The notes: generated by a model not told the origin, from the sequence alone. 30,641 nt of DNA from a virus (IMGVR_UViG_3300023105_001878:1-30641); one strand, 5' to 3'; counted from the first letter of the stretch, positions 15,697-25,489 are shown. Numbers and translations are program-made.

Positions 15697-17160
15697 TTAA
15701 GTCCAGTCTTGTTTTTCTATACTATAGGGATATTCTGCTTCTTTATAAAATTTCTTACGTTGTGTTAAGTGTCTTTTTGCAAACTTGCAAGTACTAGTTA
15801 TATCCCAAATCTGTACAAAGTCTTTATCTTTTGCTTTACGTACACCACGTCCTATACTCTGAATTACCCTAACAAAACTCTTGCCAGGCTCAATGAGCAC
15901 AAGATTAAAAATACGAGGTATGTTAATTCCCACAGCCGCAACCCCGTAAGTTGCAATAACAACGTGATTAGTTCCTTCATTGATTTCATCGTAAGCTTCC
16001 TTTCGATCTTTTAATTTTACATCCCCCTTAACAAATACACTGCCTGGGATGAGGTCTTGCAACATTTTTCCTGCTGAAATTCTGTCTACTAGTATTAGTG
16101 TGTTGCCTGACTCTTTCACACTGTTAAGTATACTTGCTATATATTGTATACGTTTTTCATTTGTTGTCAAGTATTTTAATTCAGTTTGATAATCATTATA
16201 AGCTACTGGGTCTTTTAACTGCACTACATTTACATGACAATTAGATAATACGCCTTTGTCTTGTAACTCCTTAGCAGTAATTTGTCCAACTACAGGACCT
16301 AAGCTTGCGTGTATACTTTCAAATTCAAAAGGTTCTTTAGGCACAGTACCAGTAAGTCCCCAACGTATTGGTGCATTTTTTAAATTACGAGTCAATAAGT
16401 TTTTTAAAACTTCTGCTTTTGCTTGATGCACTTCGTCTACAATTACAGTGCTAACACCATCCAAAAATTCAGCTAGCGATAGCACGGCTTTTCCGTCTTT
16501 ATGTTTTTTGTCTAATATATTTAAACTTTGCCAGGTACAAATAGTGTGGGTCTTACCTAACTCTTTTCGGTCTCCAAAATAAACGCCAACATCTAGTCCA
16601 CAATTAATGTAATCTTCTTCTGTTTGCGTAACGAGTGATTTATTTGGAACAATTACCAAACTGCGTCCATACTTTTCACTCATGTGTGATAGTGTAGCAG
16701 TTGTAATGGTTTTACCTGCACCAGTTGCAATCTGTTGCAAGCTCTGTGGATTGTTTGCAAAGTTGTTAATTGCTTCTACCTGATAGTCACGTAGAATAAC
16801 TTCTTCGCCTTCTGCAGGATGTCCTTTTGGCCATACAATACCTTTATCAGCCCAATAGCGATCTGTAACTTGTGCAAAGTCAAGTTGTATAGAATGACGT
16901 TGATCATCAATTTCTGTAATTGTAACTTTATTATCAGCAAGTACTTTTGTGATAGTATCAAGATGATTTACATATCCAGTACCGCCGATGCCAAAGAATG
17001 CCACCTTACCATCCCATCTTCCTAATTTGTATTGCGGCATATATCTAGCATACGGTACTTCAAACTTTAAAGCATTAGCTAGTTTACGTCGTATATCTAC
17101 CTCAAGACCTTCGAGCTTGATGTTTACTTCATCCTGAATTATAAGTTTACATGTTGGCAT
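15697..17160 (-). CDS. uvsW: UvsW-like superfamily 2 helicase, 487 aa
   Basis: WDGK, LRDYQ, ATGAGKT, IVDEVH, GLTGT, GINIP, QSIGRGVR. Confidence 0.92.
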   Translation of the reverse strand: MPTCKLIIQDEVNIKLEGLEVDIRRKLANALKFEVPYARYMPQYKLGRWDGKVAFFGIGGTGYVNHLDTITKVLADNKVTITEIDDQRHSIQLDFAQVTDRYWADKGIVWPKGHPAEGEEVILRDYQVEAINNFANNPQSLQQIATGAGKTITTATLSHMSEKYGRSLVIVPNKSLVTQTEEDYINCGLDVGVYFGDRKELGKTHTICTWQSLNILDKKHKDGKAVLSLAEFLDGVSTVIVDEVHQAKAEVLKNLLTRNLKNAPIRWGLTGTVPKEPFEFESIHASLGPVVGQITAKELQDKGVLSNCHVNVVQLKDPVAYNDYQTELKYLTTNEKRIQYIASILNSVKESGNTLILVDRISAGKMLQDLIPGSVFVKGDVKLKDRKEAYDEINEGTNHVVIATYGVAAVGINIPRIFNLVLIEPGKSFVRVIQSIGRGVRKAKDKDFVQIWDITSTCKFAKRHLTQRKKFYKEAEYPYSIEKQDWT

Positions 17161-17163
17161 ATT

Positions 17164-18162
17164 TTACTCTATTGTTTCTAATAATGGAAAGCCTGAATTA
17201 TTATAACATATAATTAAATCAGATAACGGAAATTTTCTAAACCAACCTTTAGTTCGCGGATATAGTGCAAATATTGTTTCTGTTTTTGTATCTTGTTCTA
17301 AATTAAGTTGCATAGTTATTTCACCTGTATAGGTAGTTTCTAACTCATCTCGTATTTTAAAAGCTTCGTCAGTGAGATCATCAAAGAAATTATAATCATG
17401 AACAAACAAAATTTTATCTCTGTTAAGTTTATTTAAGGTTTTTGCTATTTCTTTTATTGAGTCGGAAGGCGAAATATAAACAAATCTTGATTTTCTATTG
17501 ACAATTTTTTCTAAGTATTTGTCGTTAGAATTAAAAGTTGTATCTATAATTTCAAGACCTATTCGTTGTTTGCGATCTATGTACATGTGTAAATTTTCAT
17601 TTGACGGAGCACCGTACTTACTAGTATAAAAATTAACAGCATCTAGCGGAAGGTTTTTGATTTCATAATTATAAAGTCCTGGCACATAACTAGTAGGATC
17701 ATTTTTTATTTTCTGCAATTCTACACATCGCTGAGTTAACTCGGGTGCTATTTCAAAATTATGGTGTTGTAGTATATTAACTATTTCAAAACAGCTTTGA
17801 TCTGTAAATTTATACGTGTATGTATTATCTATTTTGTTTTTACTTACTAGCCATTGTTTTGCTAGTTCTATAAAATTTATAAGTTTTTTATTAAAAACAA
17901 ATCTCACAATAATTTTATCTTGAGTAAATTTTACATAGCGAGATCTATCAATAAATCTAATCGGAAATTCCAAAGGCAACTCGGATGCGTCTTTGTATTT
18001 AGAATAAGTTTTTAATTTTGTTAATGCTAGCTCTAGTTGATTGTCTGTAAGTGCACGACTTTTTCTATAAACCTGTACACATAAACTTTTAAATAATTGT
18101 CTATGGTTGTCGGTTACAGACTCGTCTTCGCTAGCCTTACTAATCAGTTGTTCTAAAAACAT
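17164..18162 (-). CDS. Hypothetical protein, 332 aa, first gene of the uvsW operon
   Basis: Long ORF directly behind a sigma70-type promoter; no motif recognised. Confidence 0.75.
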   Translation of the reverse strand: MFLEQLISKASEDESVTDNHRQLFKSLCVQVYRKSRALTDNQLELALTKLKTYSKYKDASELPLEFPIRFIDRSRYVKFTQDKIIVRFVFNKKLINFIELAKQWLVSKNKIDNTYTYKFTDQSCFEIVNILQHHNFEIAPELTQRCVELQKIKNDPTSYVPGLYNYEIKNLPLDAVNFYTSKYGAPSNENLHMYIDRKQRIGLEIIDTTFNSNDKYLEKIVNRKSRFVYISPSDSIKEIAKTLNKLNRDKILFVHDYNFFDDLTDEAFKIRDELETTYTGEITMQLNLEQDTKTETIFALYPRTKGWFRKFPLSDLIICYNNSGFPLLETIE

Positions 18163-18167
18163 TCTTT

Positions 18168-18196
18168 ATAATAATTTATTAAAGACGTTCTGTCAA
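18168..18196 (-). promoter_or_regulatory. Sigma70-type promoter heading the 18162-to-9369 gene run
   Basis: TTGACA (18191-18196), 17 nt, TATTAT (18168-18173), 5 nt, ATG. Confidence 0.75.
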
Positions 18197-19024
18197 GTAT
18201 ATTATAGGTATGCCTGCTTGTATTTCCGGAACAGAATATTCTTTGTGAGCATAATCATTTAACCATTGTGTCCTGTCAGGTGTTAACGGATTTTCTATTG
18301 TACTGTAGCTATGATTACCTACTTCGTATGCTAAACTACTAGGACCTATAAACACAGGTATACCTTGAATAGCAGCTTCTATCGCAGGATTGCTTGACCA
18401 ATTTACTACTGCCCATGACTTCCTGCAATTAAAATCAAAATCATCATAAGTTCCGTCTAACTTTTTTGGCTCTTGCACTCTGACATTTTTAAACTCAAAT
18501 TGCAGGCCTGAAAGTCTGCAACGAGGATGTGATCGTACTGTGATTTGTCTATCAGTATATCCTCTAATTTCTTCTATTGTTTCGTAAACCCACGTGGACA
18601 TAGAAGGCATGTTTTTCCATTGTTGACTTTTATCATGTTGAGTAACAAGTAGAATATCTCCGTCTCGATTATCTCGCCACGGCTTTGTTTGTAAGTTTAG
18701 TATATATTTTCTTGCGCCGTCAAAACCAGTAGGAGCAAAATAAGCATCGCGGTTTATACCATTTAGGCCGACTTTCCAATATGTACCTCTATTCAAAACA
18801 CCAACTTCTAATACAATTACAGGTTTATTTTGTTGCCTAGCTCTATGCCAAATCTTTTCATTTGGTGCCATACGTCCGTGCCACAGCACACTCCATATCA
18901 CGTCTATGCCGTCAGTACTGTTGTGTACAACTTCGTGTCCTAGAGACTTAGCTCCGATTTCAAAAGCTTTGAACACAGGACTACTATTCATTGCTCCATT
19001 ATTTGTCCATAGATTGAATTTCAT
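18179..19024 (-). CDS. GT-B glycosyltransferase-like protein resembling the KpsS/KpsC capsule-synthesis family, about 281 aa
   Basis: VLEVGVL, LLVTQHDKS, VRSHP, VVNWSSNPAIEAAIQGIPVF; start moved to ATG 19024. Confidence 0.65.
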   Translation of the reverse strand: MKFNLWTNNGAMNSSPVFKAFEIGAKSLGHEVVHNSTDGIDVIWSVLWHGRMAPNEKIWHRARQQNKPVIVLEVGVLNRGTYWKVGLNGINRDAYFAPTGFDGARKYILNLQTKPWRDNRDGDILLVTQHDKSQQWKNMPSMSTWVYETIEEIRGYTDRQITVRSHPRCRLSGLQFEFKNVRVQEPKKLDGTYDDFDFNCRKSWAVVNWSSNPAIEAAIQGIPVFIGPSSLAYEVGNHSYSTIENPLTPDRTQWLNDYAHKEYSVPEIQAGIPIIYLTERL

Positions 19025-19027
19025 AGT

Positions 19028-19033
19028 TAAATA
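19028..19033 (+). promoter_or_regulatory. TAAATA late-promoter-like motif, TAAATA-N4-ATG
   Basis: TAAATA-CCTT-ATG (19038); same geometry as at 8988-8993. Confidence 0.65.
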
Positions 19034-19037
19034 CCTT

Positions 19038-19889
19038 ATGCAATTTAAAGATATAAAAGTAGTTACCACTTTTCACAAGCCTGGCTTAGATTTGTACGGG
19101 CAAAAGTTTATCACCAGTTTTGAAGAGAATGTCGACAAACGTATACAACTTTATGTATATGCAGAAGACTGCTCTCCAGTTGTAAAAGATCCAACACAGG
19201 TATTAGTATTTAATGCAAAAGAAGCACTACCTAAACTAAATGCGTTCAAAGAAAAATGGGGCAATGTACCTAAAGCAAACGGCATACCTCCTGAAGATAT
19301 AAAAGCTAAAAGACCTAGAGATTATCATAAAGCATTTAAATGGGATGCTGTACGTTTTGCAAATAAAGTCTACGCAGTGTTTGATGCATGTGAAAAATCA
19401 TATGACTGGTGTGTGTGGATGGACGCAGATACTGTTGTTCATTCTAAATGGTCATACGATCAATTTAAAAATCTATTACCCGACGAAAAATGGATTACAT
19501 ATGTAGGCAGAGGCAAAGGTTCACAAACATGGCCTGAGTGTGGATTTTATGGTATGAATCTAAATGATAAAACATGTCAAAAGTTTTTGAAAGAATTTGA
19601 ACGTGTATATGAAGATGCCGAGAATGGTATCTTTAAATTAGAAGAATGGCACGACAGTTTTGTGTTTGGCGATTTATTAAACAAAATAAAAGAACGTGAC
19701 CCTAATGTGCTAGATTACAGTGCTGATATGTACTTAAAAGAAGCTAAAACAGGGGGCGGAGGACACCCACTAATTAACACAGTGCTAGGTACTTGGATTG
19801 ATCACATGAAAGGTGATAGGAAAAATACAGGTAAAAGTTTAGCTAAAGATTTAATGGTAAACAGAAAAGAAAGATATTGGAATAGCTAA
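19038..19889 (+). CDS. GT-A fold glycosyltransferase, about 283 aa
   Basis: VVTTF, VRFANKVYA, WMDADT (DxD), ECGF, WHDSFVF, IDHMKG; start moved to ATG 19038. Confidence 0.8.
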   Translation: MQFKDIKVVTTFHKPGLDLYGQKFITSFEENVDKRIQLYVYAEDCSPVVKDPTQVLVFNAKEALPKLNAFKEKWGNVPKANGIPPEDIKAKRPRDYHKAFKWDAVRFANKVYAVFDACEKSYDWCVWMDADTVVHSKWSYDQFKNLLPDEKWITYVGRGKGSQTWPECGFYGMNLNDKTCQKFLKEFERVYEDAENGIFKLEEWHDSFVFGDLLNKIKERDPNVLDYSADMYLKEAKTGGGGHPLINTVLGTWIDHMKGDRKNTGKSLAKDLMVNRKERYWNS

Positions 19890-20809
19890 CTGCAATATTG
19901 TCTCATATGTTTCCAGCATTTGCCGCTGCTTAGTTCTCCCAAGCTCCAATGAAACATACTAATTCTTTCTAACCATTTTTGCCTATCGAATAGGTTTGGA
20001 TTTTCTATTAAACTTAGATCTGTGTTTGCTACCTCAGCACAATGACTGTCTTTTGGATCAGTGATAAAAGCATGATGACCTTTTATAATAGGTCCTACAA
20101 TGCTACTACTATTATGATTTACTACAGCATGACATTTAAATAAATCGTTTTCTAAAGGCGTGCCAATGGGGCTTATTACCGCATCAAGTTGATCAAGCTC
20201 TCTAAGCTGCGGTGCCTTAAGCCATTCTTTTGCACGTTTGTCACCTGGATGAGATCTAACTACAATTTTTCTATCTGTATGCATGCGTAGCTTTTTAACC
20301 GTAGATAATATCCAATCTATATTAGAAAGACCTTTCATGCTCCAACCACCGTTACGTTGAACACAAAGTAAAACTGTTTTTCCTTTTTTTATCGGTTCGA
20401 TATCTATATTAATCGTATTTTTAATTTTATTCCATCTATTTGGATCAACAGTATCGTCACAATAAATACCAGTGCTAGGAAATACGCCATTGAAGCTATA
20501 TCTTAAAAATAAATCTTTTTTGTTAGGTACAAAGCCAAAAAGATTTGCATCTGCAATGCAAACAAATCTATTGTTTGCTAGTTGATTTTTTATTATTTCT
20601 GATCTTAATCTAAGATGCGAAGTTGATATATTATCATACACCCAACCCTGTATTACAGCTACGTCTGAAGGTTGCCAGTTTTGTACAGCAAGTACTTGAC
20701 CTTCGTCACCTAACTTTTTTGCACCTTCTGCATAATTTATTAATAGATCAGTTTTTGTTTTATTGCTATTACGTTCCGGTACTGATTTTAAATAGCTGAT
20801 TATTTTCAT
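19886..20809 (-). CDS. Second KpsS/KpsC-like GT-B protein, about 307 aa
   Basis: LLCVQRNGG, VVRSHPGD, AVVNHNSSSIVGPIIKG, DRQKWL; paralogous pattern to 18179-19024; start moved to ATG 20809. Confidence 0.62.
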   Translation of the reverse strand: MKIISYLKSVPERNSNKTKTDLLINYAEGAKKLGDEGQVLAVQNWQPSDVAVIQGWVYDNISTSHLRLRSEIIKNQLANNRFVCIADANLFGFVPNKKDLFLRYSFNGVFPSTGIYCDDTVDPNRWNKIKNTINIDIEPIKKGKTVLLCVQRNGGWSMKGLSNIDWILSTVKKLRMHTDRKIVVRSHPGDKRAKEWLKAPQLRELDQLDAVISPIGTPLENDLFKCHAVVNHNSSSIVGPIIKGHHAFITDPKDSHCAEVANTDLSLIENPNLFDRQKWLERISMFHWSLGELSSGKCWKHMRQYCS

Positions 20810-20813
20810 TGCA

Positions 20814-22523
20814 TCATTCCATTGACCGGAGTGTTTTCCATGCAAAACCCGAACGCATTTCAGCAGAGGTAAATTGATTATACGACAAATGTCTTGCAAA
20901 AGCTTCTACTAGATCTGTAGATATCATCGGCAGGCTTTCTATATTTTCTATTTTAGCATCGTAAATCATTGATGCTGCATTAGGTGCTAAAGTTATTGCA
21001 GGCTTACCATAAAGTAAGGCTTCTGTTGCTGCAATACTGTTAAATGTTACTAAGCAATGCATGTCATCAAATTCGCTTTGAATCGGATTTGTGGTAACTC
21101 TTTCAGTACGACTTGGCTTTAATCTTATTCGTATTTCTCTATCAGAGTGCTTTTTGATTTGTGCAATAGTTTTATCCATCCAAGTATCTAAATCTTGGTT
21201 ATAAAACTTCATTACTTTTTCACTTGGCGGACAAATGAGAATATAAGAACCGCCTCTGTGTTTACGTGGCCTCCAATTTAACCTGTTCAATCTATCACTA
21301 GGAAAATCTTTAAGTGGTCCAAGATTCTGTAAACTATTTTTTGTTATTCTGTGATATTGTTTTGTTTTAGCTAGCTTTGGTTGTATATAACCTGTATCTA
21401 TTGCATAAAAATCAATATTATTTTTTTGACACCATTTTAGTGCCTTTTGTCCACCGCCGCCAAGCCCCCTTATTACTATTGTATGATCTTTCAAACTTTC
21501 TTTATCGTCAAAATCCCCAATTTTTCCGCCTACGCCTAAAATGAAGTCTTTAAGATACGGATCATAATCTACACCTTTGCGACGATAATCAAAATCAGTA
21601 TCGTCTTGTTTTTTAGTTAGAATCGATGCAACTTTAACGCCCATCATTGTCTCCATTTGGTTTTCAAAATCATTTTTTAAATATTTTTGAGTTGGATCTA
21701 ACATTTTATTAGTTAGACTAATGTATATTTCCTTTAACTCGGCAGATAGCGTTAAATCCTCAATTCTAATGACTCTTGTTTTTAGGTCGCTGATTTTTTT
21801 TTTGGATTCTTCAAGAAGATCATTTACTATTGTATGCTCTATTTTAATCCAATCAATTGCATATTCGCATTCTTGGTATTCTTCAAACCAAGGACCGCCT
21901 TCGGTATAGTGTAGGGCTTTAGGTTTCCCGTCTTTTGGTTCTTTATACCATCCTACTAACCAATTCCATTCATGACTTAATTTACCGATATCTTGATCGT
22001 CTAACCAGCTGAATCTGTGCACATAAGCTGCACTAGTACTTTCTGCATTAATGTTGTCAGGTGTTAAAAATTCTTTATTTTTTGGATGTGCACAATTAAG
22101 CAACATCATACTAGACCAGTTTTTTCGGGGATAAGGAATTTGTTGTTTTCCGTCCATTTTCCTTCCCGGTTGGGGAGTATAATCGTGTTGCGCACACATT
22201 ACTGCATAGTTGTCATTTACCTGTTCGAATAGTTTTGCAACATCATCTAGAAAAAGAAAATCACAGTCAATAAACAGCGCCCAGCCTTTATAATCAGCAA
22301 GATATGGAACAAGATATCTAGTAAATGTAAATTCAGTGCTGGCTAATTTATCTTCGTCTCTTAGATACACACCATCTCTACGTAGCTCTCTTTGCTTAAT
22401 TGGTTGAATATCAACAGGCACCGAAGCAAGATTTTCTATGCTTTTCTTTGCAACTTGATATGCTATATCTTCACGACTATCCCAGCCAATAAAAATCTTA
22501 AGAGGAGTTTGTGTTTTTGTCAT
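20814..22523 (-). CDS. Two-domain glycosyltransferase: N-terminal GT8-like GT-A domain fused to a KpsS-like GT-B domain, 569 aa
   Basis: N-terminal: IFIGWDSRE, STEFTFTR, FIDCDFL (DxD), PRKNWSS, WNWLVG, HYTEGGPW. C-terminal: AIDTGYIQP, LVTFNSIAATEALLYGKPAI. Confidence 0.8.
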   Translation of the reverse strand: MTKTQTPLKIFIGWDSREDIAYQVAKKSIENLASVPVDIQPIKQRELRRDGVYLRDEDKLASTEFTFTRYLVPYLADYKGWALFIDCDFLFLDDVAKLFEQVNDNYAVMCAQHDYTPQPGRKMDGKQQIPYPRKNWSSMMLLNCAHPKNKEFLTPDNINAESTSAAYVHRFSWLDDQDIGKLSHEWNWLVGWYKEPKDGKPKALHYTEGGPWFEEYQECEYAIDWIKIEHTIVNDLLEESKKKISDLKTRVIRIEDLTLSAELKEIYISLTNKMLDPTQKYLKNDFENQMETMMGVKVASILTKKQDDTDFDYRRKGVDYDPYLKDFILGVGGKIGDFDDKESLKDHTIVIRGLGGGGQKALKWCQKNNIDFYAIDTGYIQPKLAKTKQYHRITKNSLQNLGPLKDFPSDRLNRLNWRPRKHRGGSYILICPPSEKVMKFYNQDLDTWMDKTIAQIKKHSDREIRIRLKPSRTERVTTNPIQSEFDDMHCLVTFNSIAATEALLYGKPAITLAPNAASMIYDAKIENIESLPMISTDLVEAFARHLSYNQFTSAEMRSGFAWKTLRSME

Positions 22524-23147
22524 TTATTCCCATCCAAAAATATAATCTTTTCGTACATTTGTAATTTCTATTGCTCCGAGTGATCTCAAATACTCACCGG
22601 CACAAAAGTTAGTATCAGCCTGCTGTTCGCATACAATAATAGGTTTATACTTTAAAATAGTTTCTGTTGCACCTTTAAGAACTTCAAGTTCATGACGCTC
22701 GCAATCTATTTTGAATAATCCAAACTTAGGCAAATTTAAATCATCTATACGTTTTATTTCAATGCTGCCGGATCCAACGGTGGTTATAAAACTTCCGCCT
22801 GTATTTTCACTATCGTATATCATTTCAACAACAGTATTTTCGTTACCAACTGCATGTCTGTAAATTTCAACGGGCAGCCCAGTTACATTTTTTTCTAAGC
22901 AGGAATACACTTGTTCTAATGGTTCGTAAGCAATTACTTTTTTAAACTTTTCAGCAAGTGGCTTAGCCCATAAACCTACGTTAGCGCCTGCATCTACTAC
23001 AACGTCAAAATCAGTTACATGCTTATACGCAGCATCTCTTACATCATCTTGATATTCAGCAGGTCCGCCGTTTTTAACACGCTTTGCAATTAATCTCTCA
23101 AAGTGGTCATCAGTATCGGGCATCCAGTAGTCAAATACTTTTTTCAT
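22524..23147 (-). CDS. FkbM-family SAM-dependent methyltransferase, 207 aa
   Basis: VVDAGANVGLW, AYEP, IDDL, FKIDCERHELEVLKGA…P.I..E. Confidence 0.92.
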   Translation of the reverse strand: MKKVFDYWMPDTDDHFERLIAKRVKNGGPAEYQDDVRDAAYKHVTDFDVVVDAGANVGLWAKPLAEKFKKVIAYEPLEQVYSCLEKNVTGLPVEIYRHAVGNENTVVEMIYDSENTGGSFITTVGSGSIEIKRIDDLNLPKFGLFKIDCERHELEVLKGATETILKYKPIIVCEQQADTNFCAGEYLRSLGAIEITNVRKDYIFGWE

Positions 23148-23148
23148 A

Positions 23149-23706
23149 TTATTTTCTTTTTAATTCTATTATAAATTTAAGAGAATGTAGTACGCCTGCT
23201 TTTTTTGTTTTTCCAACTTTAATGTAATCTTCAGAATGTACAATTTCCCATTCAGTACCAAGTCTTTTTGTAAATTCTTTTAACCACCATTCGGGTTGTT
23301 CTATAATCAAGTGTGCATTTCTTCCATCACTTAAAGACTTTTTTGCAGGATGGCATGCAATTAGATGCCATTGATGTTTTGAACTTTTAAAAAGATAGTC
23401 CATTGTTTCATCAAAATAGTCTGGTTCGATATGTTCTAACACATCTGCACTATATATGAGATCTACATTATTAGGTAATTCAATTGGACTAGTAACAGGA
23501 TCATAACTAATTACATTGACTGTTGGCCATTTGTTTTTAAATGCTTCTGAAGTACCTCCTTTACCACTACCGTAATCTAAGATACTTTTTATATTATTAT
23601 TTTCAACAAGTGATTGTACTTGTTTGTGTATTTTGGTACTATTGCCAAAACTTTTTATGACATGCAAATTAGTTAATTGATCTAAATACTCTTTTGAATA
23701 GTTCAT
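23149..23706 (-). CDS. Class I SAM-dependent methyltransferase, 185 aa
   Basis: ILDYGSGKG, SYDP, DVLEHI, NAHLI. Confidence 0.9.
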   Translation of the reverse strand: MNYSKEYLDQLTNLHVIKSFGNSTKIHKQVQSLVENNNIKSILDYGSGKGGTSEAFKNKWPTVNVISYDPVTSPIELPNNVDLIYSADVLEHIEPDYFDETMDYLFKSSKHQWHLIACHPAKKSLSDGRNAHLIIEQPEWWLKEFTKRLGTEWEIVHSEDYIKVGKTKKAGVLHSLKFIIELKRK

Positions 23707-23714
23707 GGCTTTCC

Positions 23715-24170
23715 TTACAGAACTGCATCTTCCATACCTGCAACTCTTAACTTAACTATATTAGTTATCTGCCATTGCTTCTGATCTAGGCCTTTTAAGA
23801 CTCCTAACCAATTATTTCTAATTAGGGCAAACTCATTTACTAATTTTTCATAATCGACAACATCAGCTTCGCCGTCGACATATTTTTCAACATCTCGACT
23901 GCTAAGTGCACGTTGATAATTTTCTAAATACTTTTTAAAAAAAGAACTACGCAACCTACGCAGTTCAATATTAAGATAATTTAATATAGCTTCAATTTCT
24001 TGCAATTGATTAAATCTATATTCTACTGTTCCGGGCAAAGCTGCTGCTGCTTTTTCTACACTGCCTGATAACTTTACTTCGGCCCTGGCCGATACAAGTT
24101 CCTTTTCGTAAAAATCTACAGCAGCAGGTATTTTAGCCACGTCTCTTGATATTTCACTATACCAGCCCAC
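23715..24170 (-). CDS. uvsY: UvsY-like recombination mediator, about 151 aa
   Basis: Helical protein ending KGLDQKQWQITNIVKLRVAG; size and position downstream of uvsX; GTG start overlaps the upstream TAG (ATG 24182 is an alternative). Confidence 0.75.
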   Translation of the reverse strand: MGWYSEISRDVAKIPAAVDFYEKELVSARAEVKLSGSVEKAAAALPGTVEYRFNQLQEIEAILNYLNIELRRLRSSFFKKYLENYQRALSSRDVEKYVDGEADVVDYEKLVNEFALIRNNWLGVLKGLDQKQWQITNIVKLRVAGMEDAVL

Positions 24171-24400
24171 TACTGTTCCCACTCTTCGTCGTCGTCGACA
24201 TCAGCGTCGTCTTCGTCTAAGTAATACTCAATAGCTTCGTCTAGTATAACATCTTGACCCAAACAGTCACGCAGTGTTTCGTCAGCAACACCATAATCTA
24301 CAAGAGTGTCAACATAGCGCTCAGCTACATCGTGTACACTTTTTTTGTCAAGATATTCTTTAAATACCGCCCATACATCAATGATTTGATTCTCGTCCAA
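24170..24400 (-). CDS. Small acidic hypothetical protein, 76 aa (TTG start)
   Basis: AAGGGAG SD; very acidic tail; sits between uvsX and uvsY. Confidence 0.75.
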   Translation of the reverse strand: MDENQIIDVWAVFKEYLDKKSVHDVAERYVDTLVDYGVADETLRDCLGQDVILDEAIEYYLDEDDADVDDDEEWEQ

Positions 24401-24415
24401 TGTATTTCTCCCTTT

Positions 24416-25489
24416 TTATTCTTGAACTAGTTCTTCTGTATCCTGCTCTAATTCAATTTCTTCGTCGGTATTTATATTTCTAAGATGATATTCTTCCATT
24501 ACTGTATCTAGTAATTCGCCTGTCCATTTTTTTCTATATTCAAGAATTTCTTCGCCGCTAGCGCTAACATACTTTAGTCGATTACCGCTTTTTTCGATAA
24601 GACCTTTTGCTTCAAAAAGTTCAAGAAGACCACTGTATGGATTCATACCTGTTTCGTAGGGAATTTTTACTTGCACACCTTCAAACGGTTTTGCATAACG
24701 AGTTTTCATTACTTTACATCCAGCACGGATACCACGTACTTCTGAAATTTTATTTCCGTCTTCATCTTCTTTAAGTTTAAGCTTTTTCATTGCAACTACA
24801 ATACTAGATGCATAGATAAAGCCTTGTCCGCCTGAGATCTTATCATCCGGATCAAACATATCCTGCGATGCATAAGTGTGATTAGTACATACTAGTCCTA
24901 CATTGTGTGAACCGATCATGTTAACAGTATTTCTTACAAGTGAAGTAAGCGCCTTAGGTTTACGGCCCATATCACCCTTCATGTCACCTTTGTTAAATTG
25001 ATCAACATCTGTAGGTGTAAGCAACATACCTAAAGAGTCAATTACAAACAATACCTTTGGACGTTCTTCTTCGTTCATTGCTTTATAATCTGCCATAAAT
25101 GTTGAAATTGTTTTTGCAACATCATCAATCATTGACATATTAAGTTTAAGCAGTTTTTCTTCTGACGTATCTACATCAAGTGCATGTAACCATGATTCGT
25201 CAAGTGCATTTTCTGAGTCAATCAATACTACAAAAATACCTTGTTCTTGTGCATGACGTACAATGTTTCCTGCACAAATATAAGATTTGCCTGCACCTGA
25301 TTCGCCAGCAAAAACAGTAACCTTACCCATCGGCACTCCTTTGTTAAAGTCGCCGGAGATAAGATAGTTTAAAGCAAAATTGCCAGTTGAAATCCAATCA
25401 GTTGGATCGTGAAAGCCAGCACTCATGCCAGGAATAGATTTGGTAATGCTATTTCTAAATTTAGTCGGGTCGAAAGCCTTTGTTGTCAT
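24416..25489 (-). CDS. uvsX: RecA/UvsX recombinase, 357 aa
   Basis: ISTG..ALN, Walker A GESGAGKS, IDSENA, VIDSLG, TNHTY, SGG. Confidence 0.95.
   Translation of the reverse strand: MTTKAFDPTKFRNSITKSIPGMSAGFHDPTDWISTGNFALNYLISGDFNKGVPMGKVTVFAGESGAGKSYICAGNIVRHAQEQGIFVVLIDSENALDESWLHALDVDTSEEKLLKLNMSMIDDVAKTISTFMADYKAMNEEERPKVLFVIDSLGMLLTPTDVDQFNKGDMKGDMGRKPKALTSLVRNTVNMIGSHNVGLVCTNHTYASQDMFDPDDKISGGQGFIYASSIVVAMKKLKLKEDEDGNKISEVRGIRAGCKVMKTRYAKPFEGVQVKIPYETGMNPYSGLLELFEAKGLIEKSGNRLKYVSASGEEILEYRKKWTGELLDTVMEEYHLRNINTDEEIELEQDTEELVQE
24469..24476 (-). promoter_or_regulatory. TATAAATA (exact T4 late consensus) inside the uvsX 3' end, upstream of the uvsY/methyltransferase/GT run
   Basis: Plus strand TATTTATA at 24469-24476, about 70 nt before the next start codon. 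Confidence 0.5.

Noticed and set aside
18906-19069. Apparent 164-nt head-to-head overlap of two glycosyltransferase ORFs
   Set aside because: It disappears when the starts are placed at ATG 19024 (minus) and ATG 19038 (plus), the latter supported by TAAATA-N4-ATG.
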